64,000 nt of DNA from Gammaproteobacteria bacterium (lineage in GTDB: Bacteria > Pseudomonadota > Gammaproteobacteria > Steroidobacterales > JABDMI01). How positions within the stretch are numbered: the stretch's first letter is position 1; every line of letters begins with the position of its first letter. The translations under genes and the position numbers were made by a program. The stretch is from positions 4,792 through 68,791 of the forward strand of contig JABDMI010000029.1 of the NCBI GenBank assembly GCA_013001575.1, written 5' to 3'. Below are positions 29,446-41,686 of this stretch, one piece after another. The notes beneath the pieces are model-generated. The model worked only from the letters and a program-made list of their open reading frames with translations, did no database searches and had not been told where the DNA came from.

Positions 29446-29462
29446 AGGTGAATTTTATCAGT

Positions 29463-30110
29463 TTAAGGTGTTGCTTGAGTGAGTGACTCGCCCAATGCGC
29501 CAATCAAGTGGGATTTAAGCGATCTACTGACCTGATCGAACTCAATATGTTGTGAGGCTTCCTGTTGCATATCGGTCATGACCAGGCCCTGGTAACCGCA
29601 AGGGTTAATGCGTGCAAACGGTTCGAGGTCCATGTCGATATTCAAGGCAAGCCCATGATAACTGCGCTGCTTTTTAATGCGCAAACCCAGGCTGGCGATC
29701 TTGCGCTCGTCCACATAAACGCCGGGAGCATCGCGTTTGCCATACGCCTCAATATCGTAGTCGGCCAGGGTTTGAATAATGGCGGTCTCAAGCAAACACA
29801 CCAGACTGCGGGTATTGAGCCTCAGGCGTGCAAGATCTAGTAAGGGATACACTACCAATTGACCTGGTCCGTGATAGGTGATCTGACCCCCGCGGTCGAT
29901 AGCGATAACCGGAATATCGCCTGGAAATAAAATATGTTCGGCTTTGCCATTCAGGCCCTGGGTAAAGACCGGTGGATGTTGTAAAAACCAGAGTTCATCC
30001 CGGGTTTCTTGATTGCGTTGCTCGGTTAACTCACGCATTGCATCCCAGGTCGGCTGGTAGTCAACCAGGCCAAGGTCTTTGTACACAGGAGTTGTGCTTA
30101 CTGTTTCCAT
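29463..30110 (-). CDS. lipB: Octanoyltransferase
   Basis: [21 protein letters not shown], and KIASLGLRI with the catalytic Lys region. Confidence 0.9.
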   Translation of the reverse strand: METVSTTPVYKDLGLVDYQPTWDAMRELTEQRNQETRDELWFLQHPPVFTQGLNGKAEHILFPGDIPVIAIDRGGQITYHGPGQLVVYPLLDLARLRLNTRSLVCLLETAIIQTLADYDIEAYGKRDAPGVYVDERKIASLGLRIKKQRSYHGLALNIDMDLEPFARINPCGYQGLVMTDMQQEASQHIEFDQVSRSLKSHLIGALGESLTQATP

Positions 30111-30126
30111 AGGATGCGTCTGCCAA

Positions 30127-30450
30127 TCACAGGGTCATATGCACATCTTCATGCGCATAGAGTGCCTGGTAAATTTTGTCCAGCTGGTTTTTGCTTTTGG
30201 CGGTAATGGTAATAGTTAACGCCGAGTACTTGCCGGAACGACTGGGTCTTGAGCTGATGTTACTTGTATCCAGTTCCTGATCAACAAATGTCTGGATCAA
30301 TTCGCACATGTCACTGGCAAATGTCGCATGATTTTTTCCCATTACTTTAATTGGAAACTCGCAAGGAAATTGCAGAAGCGTTTCCTGGTTTTCAATATTG
30401 GTGTTTGATTTGTCTTTCATGGTAACAATATGGGTGCTGTTTTCGGTCAA
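30127..30450 (-). CDS. ybeD: YbeD/DUF493 family protein
   Basis: [14 protein letters not shown] matches the YbeD N-terminus. It sits at the conserved dacA-ybeD-lipB position. The start is uncertain: TTG at 30450 or ATG at 30420. Confidence 0.75.
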   Translation of the reverse strand: MTENSTHIVTMKDKSNTNIENQETLLQFPCEFPIKVMGKNHATFASDMCELIQTFVDQELDTSNISSRPSRSGKYSALTITITAKSKNQLDKIYQALYAHEDVHMTL

Positions 30451-30492
30451 TTCAATGTAAGGCGGATCAAGTTAATCAATGGATTGCAATCT

Positions 30493-31680
30493 TTAGTCAG
30501 CAAACCACAGTTTCATGCTGTCGATCGCGCGTTTGAAAATGCCGGCTTGTTCAATATCTGACACCGGGTACAGGTGTGCGCTGGCAATAATTTTGTTGTC
30601 CAGAGAGATCTCCAGATTTCCAACCACACTGTCCTTACTTAATGGAGCAATGATCTGGGCAGGTATATTACTGGAAATCTTCAGATCTTGATAACGTCCA
30701 CGCGGAATGGTCACGGCCACAGCGTGTTTGCTGCTAAGTCCCACATTTTCTTGTTCGGCTTTCCAGACGCGTTGTTCAAAGATCGTTTGACCCGGGCTGT
30801 ACAGGGTTTTGGCCTCAAAAAAACTAAAGCCGTAGTTCAACAAGGTCTGGCTGGCATTGATCCGGGCTTTAGCGCTATTGGTACCAAGTACTACCGTGAT
30901 CAAACGCATACCTTTTTTCTTGGCCGATGCAGCCAGGCAATAACCCGCGGCTTCGGTGTGTCCGGTTTTTATGCCGTCGATGCTGTCATCCCGCCACAAC
31001 AGATTATTGCGATTACTTTGTTTGATATTGTTGTAGGTAAATTCTTTTTCCTTGTACATCGCATAATGCACGGGAAAGTCATTGATCAGGGCTTTTGAGA
31101 GTGTGGCGATGTCGCGCGCGGTGGTGTAATGCATATCATCGGTATAGCCGGTGCTATTGCGATAATTGGTATTGTTCAGCCCTAATTCCTTGGCGTATTC
31201 GTTCATCAGACTGGCAAAGGCCTCCTCATTGCCGGCGACATGTTCAGCCAGAGCGATCGCTGCATCATTACCAGATTGAATGATCAAGCCACGCAAAAGA
31301 TCTATCAGTTTGACGCGAGTGTTGATCTCCAGATAGGTTGTGGAGCCTTCGGCTTGGTAAGCGTTGTCAGAAATGAACACTTCGTCATCAAGACTTATAC
31401 GTCCTTTGGCAATTGAATCCGCCACCACATAGCTGGTCATGATCTTGGTAATACTTGCTGGATTAATGCGCTCGTCCACATTTTCTTCGGCCAGGATCTG
31501 GCCACTGGCAGCGTCGATCAGTAAATAATTTTCAGCATTGATATTGGGTGGTTGGGGGACGACATTTGCCGCGTGCAGGCTGGATATGGTCAGCATTCCA
31601 AGCAGGCATAACAAGAACAATCTTTTCATTGACACAGGATTTCCGAAAGTGATTGGTTTTAGAATTGTCTTTAGGCTCAA
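30493..31680 (-). CDS. dacA: D-alanyl-D-alanine carboxypeptidase (PBP5/6 class)
   Basis: Signal peptide, active-site PASITKIMT, SGND and KTGHT motifs. Confidence 0.9.
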   Translation of the reverse strand: MSLKTILKPITFGNPVSMKRLFLLCLLGMLTISSLHAANVVPQPPNINAENYLLIDAASGQILAEENVDERINPASITKIMTSYVVADSIAKGRISLDDEVFISDNAYQAEGSTTYLEINTRVKLIDLLRGLIIQSGNDAAIALAEHVAGNEEAFASLMNEYAKELGLNNTNYRNSTGYTDDMHYTTARDIATLSKALINDFPVHYAMYKEKEFTYNNIKQSNRNNLLWRDDSIDGIKTGHTEAAGYCLAASAKKKGMRLITVVLGTNSAKARINASQTLLNYGFSFFEAKTLYSPGQTIFEQRVWKAEQENVGLSSKHAVAVTIPRGRYQDLKISSNIPAQIIAPLSKDSVVGNLEISLDNKIIASAHLYPVSDIEQAGIFKRAIDSMKLWFAD

Positions 31681-31719
31681 ACGGGTGCGTATTTTACAGG
31701 ATATGCCAGTTAGCTGCAG

Positions 31720-32538
31720 TTAATCTCTAAGTAGAATACTATGCTGAATGCCGAGCCGTTTCAGCTCTGATATAACTACATCATATTGTTTACCGTTAAC
31801 GATTGGGCCAACCTGAACGCGGTAAACCACCTGTGCATTGTCGCTTCTAACAGAATGAATGCGGGTTGGGGAAATTCCGTTTGATCTCAGTTTTTGGCGA
31901 TAACGGCTGGCATTATTTCGGTCACCAAAAGAGGCTACCTGGATAAACCCGGGGCGCTCCGGTGACGCAATGCGTTGCTGCTCTTCGACCAGGTTCAGGT
32001 CGTCAAGGCCGCGAATGCTCACTGGCGCCGTGCCATGTTGAACCACGTCCAATGCCTGGGCGGCTGCATAGGAGAGATCAATGACCCGGTCGTCGATAAA
32101 GGGCCCGCGGTCATTCACCCGCAAGACCGCCGATTTGCCGTTGAGTTGATTGGTCACTTCCACGAAACTGGGCAATGGTAAGTGCTTGTGGGCGGCGGTC
32201 ATGGCGTGCATGTCATAAATCTCGCCATTGGATGTTTTACGTCCATGAAAAGGGTCGCCATACCAGGAAGCAATGCCGGTTTCGCTAAATCCAAGACTGC
32301 TTTTCAATACGGCGTAGCGACGCCCATTGAGCACATAAAAGTTTTCGATATTTTGCGCATCGACATTTTCAGGAACCGAGTCATTGGACCTGACTACGAT
32401 CGGCACGTGGGAGCCGGCGGGTGTACTTTTAGACGGTGTGTCTGAGGTTCTATCTGGATAGTTAAGAGAGCATGAGGCTAGAACGAGAGAGAAAACGCCA
32501 AACAGTATCCAGCTAGATCGAATATTACCGTGTTGCAT
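31720..32538 (-). CDS. rlpA: Septal ring lytic transglycosylase RlpA (DPBB plus SPOR)
   Basis: Lipobox LASC, GIASWYGDPFHGRKTSNGEIYD, and a C-terminal SPOR-like FIQVASFGDRNNA. Confidence 0.85.
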   Translation of the reverse strand: MQHGNIRSSWILFGVFSLVLASCSLNYPDRTSDTPSKSTPAGSHVPIVVRSNDSVPENVDAQNIENFYVLNGRRYAVLKSSLGFSETGIASWYGDPFHGRKTSNGEIYDMHAMTAAHKHLPLPSFVEVTNQLNGKSAVLRVNDRGPFIDDRVIDLSYAAAQALDVVQHGTAPVSIRGLDDLNLVEEQQRIASPERPGFIQVASFGDRNNASRYRQKLRSNGISPTRIHSVRSDNAQVVYRVQVGPIVNGKQYDVVISELKRLGIQHSILLRD

Positions 32539-32541
32539 GAT

Positions 32542-33684
32542 TTATTGAGCTACGCTTTGTTCAGGTGTTTGCAAAAATTCCTGACTCAATTCAAAAACTG
32601 CACGCGCGTATTTAGGGCTACGGTTATAACGCGTGATGCTGTAGAAATTATTAAAACCAATAACAATGTCGGTGCTGTTTTTTTGTTGCATGGTCAAAAA
32701 CATGGCCGGCGCATCATCCGCAAGAGTGGTATTGAATTCATAACCGCATTTACCATTGCGTAATGAGCCCACGGTGTGGTTTTTGAGGCTTACTTTACTC
32801 TCGGGGAATTTCTTTTCGCAACCTGGTCTGGTTTGCGCCAAGGCTAATACGTCTTCGCCATCTTTCCATTTGTGCACATTAAAATAATTTGCCACGCTGA
32901 ATATCGTGTCAGGCCAGCTTTGCCAGAGGTCAACAATATTGTCGCCATCGCCGTCTACGGCAAAGTCACGATAACTGCTGGGGATGAACTGACCGTTGCC
33001 CATGGCGCCCGCGTAACTGCCAATCAGCGTGGTTGGGTCAAAGCCTTGTTCGCGGCTTAATAAAAATAGCTCTTCAAGCTGATTGATGAATAATTTTCGC
33101 CGTGGCGGGTAATTAAAGCCTAGAGTAACCAGGGCATCCAATACTTTGGTTTTGCCGTAATTGGCGCCGTACTGGGTCTCTACACCAATAATCGCGGTAA
33201 TGATCTCCGGCGCTACCCCAAATTTCTTTTCAGCCGCCGCCAGTGTGGCCTGGTGGGCTTGCATAAACTTTTTGCCATTATCGATGCGTTTTTGATTCAG
33301 GAATATATTGCGGTACTCGTACCATTCTTTGCTTTTTTCTGCAGGGCGCGCGATCAATTCTAAAATCCAGGTCTGGTTTTTACCTTGTGCCAGTACAGAC
33401 TGGATCTCGTCTGCAGTGAATTCATGCTCTCTAATCATTTTTTCGACAAAAGCTTTTACCAAAGGGCGATCAAGATCAATGCTTTCCACGCTAGCATGCG
33501 CGGCCAGTTCTGTTTCACTTTCTGCAGGCCATACAGATTCAGAATTTTGCTCGACTTGTTTTGCGTTTTGACTCGCAGGCGCTTGAGCATTGCTTTCAGC
33601 CACCAGGGATTGGGATTCATCAATAGACGTGCACGCCGTTATGCAAAAAGTAAAAAACAGTAAAGTAAGCATTCTTGCTGTCAT
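32542..33684 (-). CDS. mltB: Lytic murein transglycosylase B
   Basis: Lipobox ITAC, AIIGVETQYG with the catalytic Glu, and GAMGNGQFIPSSY. Confidence 0.85.
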   Translation of the reverse strand: MTARMLTLLFFTFCITACTSIDESQSLVAESNAQAPASQNAKQVEQNSESVWPAESETELAAHASVESIDLDRPLVKAFVEKMIREHEFTADEIQSVLAQGKNQTWILELIARPAEKSKEWYEYRNIFLNQKRIDNGKKFMQAHQATLAAAEKKFGVAPEIITAIIGVETQYGANYGKTKVLDALVTLGFNYPPRRKLFINQLEELFLLSREQGFDPTTLIGSYAGAMGNGQFIPSSYRDFAVDGDGDNIVDLWQSWPDTIFSVANYFNVHKWKDGEDVLALAQTRPGCEKKFPESKVSLKNHTVGSLRNGKCGYEFNTTLADDAPAMFLTMQQKNSTDIVIGFNNFYSITRYNRSPKYARAVFELSQEFLQTPEQSVAQ

Positions 33685-33780
33685 TGGGTCACCAGTAAGT
33701 CAAATTGCGTTTAAAGCAACATTATACGAGAAAAACGAAAAACTCACGCATGCCTTGTTGCAAATTCATATGGCAAATTC

Positions 33781-34926
33781 TTATTGCAAATTACTGAACA
33801 TGCGTTTGTGGGTTTGAATAGACATTAACATACCAAAACCCGCCATCAAGGTAACCATGGAGGTGCCGCCATAACTGATTAATGGTAATGGCACACCAAC
33901 CACCGGCAATAATCCTGTAACCATGCCGGTATTCACAAATATATAAACAAAAAATGTCAAACTGATGCTGCCCGCGAGCAAACGCTCAAAAGTGTCATTG
34001 GCTTGTGAGGCAATTATCAAACCGCGCAAAATAATCAATACATACACGATGAGTAATATCAATAAACCCATGAGTCCAAACTCTTCACCAAGTACTGCAA
34101 AAATGAAGTCGGTGGTTCGTTCCGGTAAAAACTCAAGTTGTCCCTGGGTCCCATTCAACCAGCCTTTACCAAATATTCCTCCTGATCCAATTGCGATCTT
34201 GGATTGAATAATGTGATAGCCGGAGCCAAGTGGATCGCTTTCGGGATTCAGAAAGGTCAACACCCGGGTTTTCTGGTAGTCCTGCATTAATGTGAACCAA
34301 TAGGCGGGTGCGGCGATCATGGCAATAACCCCGCTAAGCAATATGAAGCGAAGTGATAAACCGGCTAACAAAATCACAAAAACTCCAGACGCCGCGATAA
34401 GCAAGGCAGTTCCCAGGTCAGGCTGAATGGAGATCAGTGCCGTTGGCACAATGATCATACCAAGGGCTAACATATTCACCCCGAATTTCGCCGGCAAGGG
34501 GCGAAAATGCAAATACCAGGCCACCATCATGGGTACTGCGAGTTTCATGAGCTCGGATGGTTGAAAGCGAATGAGTCCAAGATCCAGCCAGCGTTGTGCG
34601 CCTTTTCCGACATCGCCGGCAAATTTAACCGCAATTAACATACTCAGTCCGATCAAGAACAGAATGGGTGCCCATATGCGTAAAAATTTGGGTGGTATCT
34701 GGGCAACCACAAACATGGCGCCCAGGGCAATTCCGAAGCGGATGACCTGTCGAGTCAATAATGCCGTCGATTGATTGCTGGCACTGTATAAAACAAAAAA
34801 GCCGAACAAAGCTACCAACAGTATCAATGCCAGCAACACACTATCAATGTGTAAGCGTGTAGCCAAACCACCTTCGTCCCCGAGGTTTTTTTGCCCGCGA
34901 AAGAGTTTGATGAGTTTATTTAACAT
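33781..34926 (-). CDS. mrdB: Peptidoglycan glycosyltransferase RodA (SEDS)
   Basis: Multi-TM SEDS protein with QPSELMK, TDFIFAV and PLPLISYGGTS. Confidence 0.9.
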   Translation of the reverse strand: MLNKLIKLFRGQKNLGDEGGLATRLHIDSVLLALILLVALFGFFVLYSASNQSTALLTRQVIRFGIALGAMFVVAQIPPKFLRIWAPILFLIGLSMLIAVKFAGDVGKGAQRWLDLGLIRFQPSELMKLAVPMMVAWYLHFRPLPAKFGVNMLALGMIIVPTALISIQPDLGTALLIAASGVFVILLAGLSLRFILLSGVIAMIAAPAYWFTLMQDYQKTRVLTFLNPESDPLGSGYHIIQSKIAIGSGGIFGKGWLNGTQGQLEFLPERTTDFIFAVLGEEFGLMGLLILLIVYVLIILRGLIIASQANDTFERLLAGSISLTFFVYIFVNTGMVTGLLPVVGVPLPLISYGGTSMVTLMAGFGMLMSIQTHKRMFSNLQ

Positions 34927-34940
34927 GTTGGCATCATCGC

Positions 34941-36803
34941 TTATTTAGTTTTGTTCAAGTGTTCAAGGATAAGGTCACGCGCAATGGGTGCAGCAACCGA
35001 GCTACCGCCACCACCATTCTCGACTATGACGGCAACAGCAATTTTCGGGTCATCAATCGGGGCAAAGGCAATAAATAATGAATGATCACGCAAGCGCTCG
35101 TCCAGTTCTTCTGCGATGTACTCAGCATCTTCAGCGAGGGTAAAAACTTGCGCGGTACCCGATTTTCCCGCCATACGAAAATCCAGATCTTTACCGATAT
35201 GCCGTGCAGTTCCTTTGAGACCATGCATCACGGATTCCATTCCGCTTATTATTTCATCCCAATGCCTGGCATCGGCTTTTACACTTAAAAAGTGTTTGCT
35301 GTCATCGGTAAAGTCGAGCTGGTAATCGCTACCAATGCGTTTGACCAGATGCGGTTGATGATATTCGCCACGCATGGCAGTGATCGCAGTCGCCGTGGCC
35401 AGTTGTAGTGGTGATGCCAACATATAACCCTGACCAATACCCGCAATCACGGTTTCACCAGGGAACCAGACCTTGTCTGCAGGATTTTTGAAATTGTTTC
35501 GTTTCCATGCGCGCGAAGGCAATATACCTTTGCGGCTGCCTCGAATTTGCGGATCTATGTGTTCGCCTAATTTAAAATTTCGCAAGAAATCGTGCATGTT
35601 GTCGATACCCAATTCCAGCGCAAGCTCGTAAAAATATACATCACACGATTCAGTGATGGCACCAAAAAGATTCACCCGGCCATGACCCTCGCGTTTCCAG
35701 TCACGATAAGGCCGTTCATTTTCCGGCAACTTGAAAAAACCTGGACAATAGGTGCTGTGCGCACGATGTGTTTTGTTCAATTGCAATCCGGCCAGGCCGA
35801 TCATGGGTTTTACGGTGGAACCGGGCGGATAGTTTCCACTGATGGCCCGATTAAGTAAGGGCTTGTCAGTATCGTCCAGAAATACATTGTATTCGGCTTG
35901 GGTGAGACCCCGACTGAAACCGTTTCCGTCATAGGCGGGCGAGCTCACCATAGTGAGGATCTCGCCATTTGTAGGGTCGATGGCAACCACGGCACCCCGT
36001 TTATCTCGCAGCGCGTCTAGCGCCACCGCTTGCAGTCCGGCATCAATGGTCAGCTGTAGATCTGAACCCGATTCAGGGGTTTGTTCTTCAATCACATCCA
36101 GCAAGCGCCCTTGTGCATTGGCAAGTAATTGTCGATATCCAACTTTACCCAGCAAATATTGTTCGAAGGTTTGTTCAATACCGGTTTTTCCAATGTATGA
36201 GGTACCGGCATAGGCGCGTTTGTCGATTCTTTCCAGATCGCGATCATTGATCCCGCCCATGTAGCCAACTACATGCACACTTTCTTCGGCCAGGGGATAA
36301 TGACGCGTGAGTCGTGCGCGAACATGTACACCCGGCAGGTCAGGAATGTTCGCAGCTATTGCGGCCACACTTTGCTCGTCCATGTGATGCAGTAATGGGA
36401 CCTGTTCGAAAGATCGGTAACGTTTACGGTTGGTGTTAAAACGCTCGCGTTGCTCACTTGAGAATGGGATGAATTTTTCAATCGCGTCCAGCGTTTCATC
36501 TACGTTAGGTGTTTCTTCCGGAATAATAACCACTTCAAAACTCGGGATGTTCTCGGCAAGTTTTTTTCCATAGCGGTCATAGATCAAACCGCGGTTGGGT
36601 GGCATAGGTTCGATACGGATTCGGTTTCCGGCTGACAACTCACTGTAATGCTGAAAATTCAATACTTGCAAAAAAGCCAGTCGACCAAACAGCAATACAA
36701 ACAAAGCGGTGATCAGGACCATGGCCAAAATGATCCTGAAACGAAATACCTGTTTTTCCAGATGACGGTTTTTCATCTGCTTGCGTGTGCGTATCAGTTT
36801 CAT
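34941..36803 (-). CDS. mrdA: Penicillin-binding protein 2 (elongasome transpeptidase)
   Basis: N-terminal TM segment, STVKP active site, and KSGTAQ. Confidence 0.9.
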   Translation of the reverse strand: MKLIRTRKQMKNRHLEKQVFRFRIILAMVLITALFVLLFGRLAFLQVLNFQHYSELSAGNRIRIEPMPPNRGLIYDRYGKKLAENIPSFEVVIIPEETPNVDETLDAIEKFIPFSSEQRERFNTNRKRYRSFEQVPLLHHMDEQSVAAIAANIPDLPGVHVRARLTRHYPLAEESVHVVGYMGGINDRDLERIDKRAYAGTSYIGKTGIEQTFEQYLLGKVGYRQLLANAQGRLLDVIEEQTPESGSDLQLTIDAGLQAVALDALRDKRGAVVAIDPTNGEILTMVSSPAYDGNGFSRGLTQAEYNVFLDDTDKPLLNRAISGNYPPGSTVKPMIGLAGLQLNKTHRAHSTYCPGFFKLPENERPYRDWKREGHGRVNLFGAITESCDVYFYELALELGIDNMHDFLRNFKLGEHIDPQIRGSRKGILPSRAWKRNNFKNPADKVWFPGETVIAGIGQGYMLASPLQLATATAITAMRGEYHQPHLVKRIGSDYQLDFTDDSKHFLSVKADARHWDEIISGMESVMHGLKGTARHIGKDLDFRMAGKSGTAQVFTLAEDAEYIAEELDERLRDHSLFIAFAPIDDPKIAVAVIVENGGGGSSVAAPIARDLILEHLNKTK

Positions 36804-36871
36804 GCGTGCCTGCCGGGATGCATGGAAAGGTGAGCGATCATGAGCTTGATGACTTGTGTTTCAAAGAGGGT

Positions 36872-37369
36872 CTATTTAGCCTGATGTTTTTTTCTTAGAA
36901 TAACTTTATGCATAAACACAATAACGCCAGGCCAAAATATCATACTAAAAATTACCGCAATAAACCGTACGCTATATTCAGTTGGGCGATCCAGCAAACT
37001 TTCTATCCAGATCTGTAAAAACTGGTAAACAAATAACAAGGCTGCAACAGTGAGTAATTGTTGTGGCAGTGCGGCCAGTTGAATGCGGCGATGATTGGAT
37101 AAGGCAAACACAGATATAACGATCAGGCCGAGTGCAGTTTGCCCAAAAACCAGCGTTTGACTGGCTTCCAGTGCCAAGCCGGCAAGTAAGGCCATAAACA
37201 GCGTGAAGCGCAATGGAAAAAAGATGGACCAGAATAAAATTACCAGCGGAACAAATAGTGGGCGATAGGGCGAGACGAGTTCTGGCAACGGCATAGTCGT
37301 GAGTAACAAGGCAACGACAACACTTAGAAAAATACGAATCCGAATCGCAGTCACACTAAATTCACTCAT
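36872..37369 (-). CDS. mreD: Rod shape-determining protein MreD
   Basis: 165-aa polytopic membrane protein directly after mreC. Confidence 0.8.
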   Translation of the reverse strand: MSEFSVTAIRIRIFLSVVVALLLTTMPLPELVSPYRPLFVPLVILFWSIFFPLRFTLFMALLAGLALEASQTLVFGQTALGLIVISVFALSNHRRIQLAALPQQLLTVAALLFVYQFLQIWIESLLDRPTEYSVRFIAVIFSMIFWPGVIVFMHKVILRKKHQAK

Positions 37370-37375
37370 GCAGGA

Positions 37376-38347
37376 TTACGGCGTATCTACCTGATTTTCA
37401 AGTAGTTTATCTTTTTTTTGTTTATCAATAATTGCCAACTCAGTACGCTCTGTTGGCGTAGTCGGGCTTGCTTTGGCTTTCGCTCTTTCAAGTAAATAAT
37501 CGCTTTTAACCACAGCTACCTGGCGGCTTTGATCCATCGCAGCAACTGGCTCGGCAATAACTTCAAGGAAGGTTTTACTGGGGTCACGAATAATTTCCAC
37601 TATTTCAGCAACCGGAATACCGACCGGAAAGCGGCCACCCAGGCCGGAAGTTACGAGTAGATCACCTTCCATAATTTCGGCATTTTGGGCAAAGTAGGGC
37701 AACAGTAAACGGGTTGAATCGCCACTGCCGTAGGCAATACTGCGTAAACCATTTCGATTCACTTCAACCGGCGTAAGGTGTTTGCTGTCGGTAATTAAAA
37801 TCGCTTCGGATTGTAGAGGGTCACTGTGAAGAATTTGCCCCATGAGTCCTTGTGCGTCTATTACAACTTGACCTTTGTTAATGCCTAATTGTGCACCTTG
37901 GTTTAGAACGATGTGTTGACGACCAGGATCAAGACTAACCCGCATGATCTCGGCCATTTGTAAATTAAGTTCTTGAGCTTGTGCCGAACTTAATAAAACA
38001 CGCAGGCGGTGATTTTCAGCTTCGAGTTGTTGCAAACGTTGTAATTCAAATTGTGCGTCTTTGTTCTTTACACGCAAGTGTGAATTTTCTTCGCGTAACT
38101 GGCGGCGCGAACGCATGGCGTCTTTTGACCACTGGGTGAACTCATAAGGGGTGTGGGCAAGCATGCGCACGGGATAAATTGCAGTGGTAATTGTGGTACG
38201 CATTTTTTCCAATTGCTGGTAACGCGAATCCAGCACCATCAACACAATACACAGTGAGGCAAAAAATAAAAATTGCGAAGCCAGCGAAGGACCGCGCAAA
38301 AACATTTTTCGTTGTGTTTGATTTAACGAGTTCAAAGGTTGACTCAA
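37376..38347 (-). CDS. mreC: Rod shape-determining protein MreC
   Basis: TM segment, coiled coil (LQRLQQLEAENHRLRVLL), and beta domains (VVIDAQGLMGQI, LLVTSGLGGRFPVGIPV). Confidence 0.9.
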   Translation of the reverse strand: MSQPLNSLNQTQRKMFLRGPSLASQFLFFASLCIVLMVLDSRYQQLEKMRTTITTAIYPVRMLAHTPYEFTQWSKDAMRSRRQLREENSHLRVKNKDAQFELQRLQQLEAENHRLRVLLSSAQAQELNLQMAEIMRVSLDPGRQHIVLNQGAQLGINKGQVVIDAQGLMGQILHSDPLQSEAILITDSKHLTPVEVNRNGLRSIAYGSGDSTRLLLPYFAQNAEIMEGDLLVTSGLGGRFPVGIPVAEIVEIIRDPSKTFLEVIAEPVAAMDQSRQVAVVKSDYLLERAKAKASPTTPTERTELAIIDKQKKDKLLENQVDTP

Positions 38348-38555
38348 TAATTCTCAATGGTGTTGTAAAAATGCAGCTGAGTTGGAGTGTGACGATAACT
38401 GATTGTTGCTTGAGGCAACCATGAGTTGTTTGAAACCTTCCTAAAACGCTTCCGGTAATCCATTTATTGTTATTATTTTCAATGAATTAGCTCGTAGCTT
38501 ACACCTATTTCTTGAAGTGTTCAAGAAATCGGCATTTCGGGGTTTTGGGGTGGTT

Positions 38556-39623
<1,068 letters not shown>

Positions 39624-39828
39624 TTAGGAAGAATCAGATTTCAGGACATGTCCCAAAGTTCCGAGGGATTCAATAGATTAAACACGCACTCTAACAATGG
39701 GTGAGACTTTGGGCAAGCTGCAAGGTAAAATAGGCGCCCCTTGAGTCGCAGCGCAAGCCACTCAAGGCACACAGGGTGAATTCCAATCTCACCGACATCT
39801 AGACCAAAAAAATTAAACGGAGAACATC

Positions 39829-40116
39829 ATGGCTCTGACCGCTGATGACCTACAACATATTGCCAACCTGGCCAGACTTGAGATCTGCGAGTCTGAAACC
39901 GAGGCGTATCGGCAAAAACTCAGCACCATTCTGGATATGGTCGATCAATTGAGTGCCGCGGATACCCAAGGCGTCATACCCATGGCGCATCCTCTGGATA
40001 TGGCACAACGCTTACGGGCGGACGAGGTCTCGGAAACCGATCAACGCGCCTTATACCAACAGAATGCCACCCAGACTGAAGCCGGACTGTATCTGGTGCC
40101 AAAAGTTATCGAGTAA
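39829..40116 (+). CDS. gatC: Glu/Asp-tRNA amidotransferase subunit C
   Basis: 95-aa protein with IANLARLEI and a position ahead of gatA. Confidence 0.9.
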   Translation: MALTADDLQHIANLARLEICESETEAYRQKLSTILDMVDQLSAADTQGVIPMAHPLDMAQRLRADEVSETDQRALYQQNATQTEAGLYLVPKVIE

Positions 40117-40205
40117 TAAAGCGCTCAGACGCTGCGATTGTGATGTATCGCAGAGCCATGAACTTGCCCAGCGCATGAATATTTACCAATAAGAACCGTA
40201 CTACT

Positions 40206-41675
40206 ATGCATACCAAAACCATTGCCGAAATGAGTCGTGATCTCAAGGCAAAAAAATACAGCAGTGAAGAATTAACTCAACACTTCCTCAAGCGCATCGA
40301 GCAATACGATGACGGTTTGAATTCGTTCATTACCGTGACGGCCGAACAAGCCTTGCAACACGCTAAACAAAGCGATGCTCAGATTGCCTCCGGGGATGCG
40401 CCACTGCTTGCGGGCGTTCCGATCGCGCACAAAGACATATTTTGCACCAAAGGCATTAAAACCACTTGTGGTTCCAAAATGCTGGACAATTTTGTTTCGC
40501 CCTATGACGCAACGGTCGTGACCAATATGCGAGCCCAGGGTGTGGTGATGTTGGGTAAGACTAATATGGATGAATTCGCCATGGGGTCTTCGAACGAAAC
40601 CTCGTATTTCGGACCGGTTAAAAATCCCTGGGACACCAGTAAAGTTCCCGGTGGTTCCTCCGGAGGGTCGGCGGCAGCCGTCGCGGCACGCCTGGTACCC
40701 GGTGCAACTGCTACGGATACGGGAGGCTCGATCCGTCAACCGGCGGCCTTGTGTAATCTGACCGGCATCAAGCCTACCTACGGGCGAGTCTCGCGTTATG
40801 GCATGATCGCCTTTGCATCCAGTCTTGATCAGGCCGGTACGCTCACCGCCACAGCCGAAGACTCCGCTTTATTACTTGATGCGATGTCGGGTTTTGATGA
40901 ACGGGATTCCACTTCGATCGAACGCCCTAAAGACGATTATGTGTCGGGTCTGAATGATTCCCTCGAGGGTTTGCGAATTGGTGTGCCGGTAGAGTTCTTT
41001 GATCAGAACCTGAGTGATGCCATCGCCACCCCGGTCAAAGCGGCCATCCAGGAATACGAAAAACTGGGCGCAAAGATCATCGAGATCAGTTTGCCAAACT
41101 TGCATCTATCGGTACCAACTTATTATGTGGTTGCACCGGCCGAGTGTTCGTCCAATCTCTCACGCTTTGACGGTGTGCGATTTGGCCACCGCTGTGAGAA
41201 TCCTAAAGACCTGGTTGATCTGTATAAGCGTTCACGCGGTGAGGGTTTTGGCGATGAAGTTAAACGCCGCATTATGACCGGGACCTATGTGCTGTCGGCC
41301 GGTTATTACGATGCCTATTATCTGCAAGCACAAAAAGCCCGACAATTGATCAAGGCGGATTTTGACAAGGCCTTTACCGAGATCGATGTGATCATGGGGC
41401 CAACCGCCCCGAATCTGGCTTTCGGCCTGGGTGATCTGATGGATGACCCGGTTACCATGTATTTAAATGACATTTACACCATTGGTGTGAATCTGGCGGG
41501 CTTGCCGGGCATGTCTATTCCCTGCGGATTTGCCAAAAACGCGGGCGGCAATGACTTGCCTGTTGGCCTGCAACTGATCGGAAACTATTTTGCCGAGGGC
41601 AAGTTGCTGAATGCCGCTCATCGCTATCAACAAGTTACCGATTTCCATTCACAACTACCCACCGCATTTGCATAA
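40206..41675 (+). CDS. gatA: Glu/Asp-tRNA amidotransferase subunit A
   Basis: Amidase signature [13 protein letters not shown] and the GSIRQPA region. Confidence 0.95.
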   Translation: MHTKTIAEMSRDLKAKKYSSEELTQHFLKRIEQYDDGLNSFITVTAEQALQHAKQSDAQIASGDAPLLAGVPIAHKDIFCTKGIKTTCGSKMLDNFVSPYDATVVTNMRAQGVVMLGKTNMDEFAMGSSNETSYFGPVKNPWDTSKVPGGSSGGSAAAVAARLVPGATATDTGGSIRQPAALCNLTGIKPTYGRVSRYGMIAFASSLDQAGTLTATAEDSALLLDAMSGFDERDSTSIERPKDDYVSGLNDSLEGLRIGVPVEFFDQNLSDAIATPVKAAIQEYEKLGAKIIEISLPNLHLSVPTYYVVAPAECSSNLSRFDGVRFGHRCENPKDLVDLYKRSRGEGFGDEVKRRIMTGTYVLSAGYYDAYYLQAQKARQLIKADFDKAFTEIDVIMGPTAPNLAFGLGDLMDDPVTMYLNDIYTIGVNLAGLPGMSIPCGFAKNAGGNDLPVGLQLIGNYFAEGKLLNAAHRYQQVTDFHSQLPTAFA

Positions 41676-41686
41676 GGAGAATCACG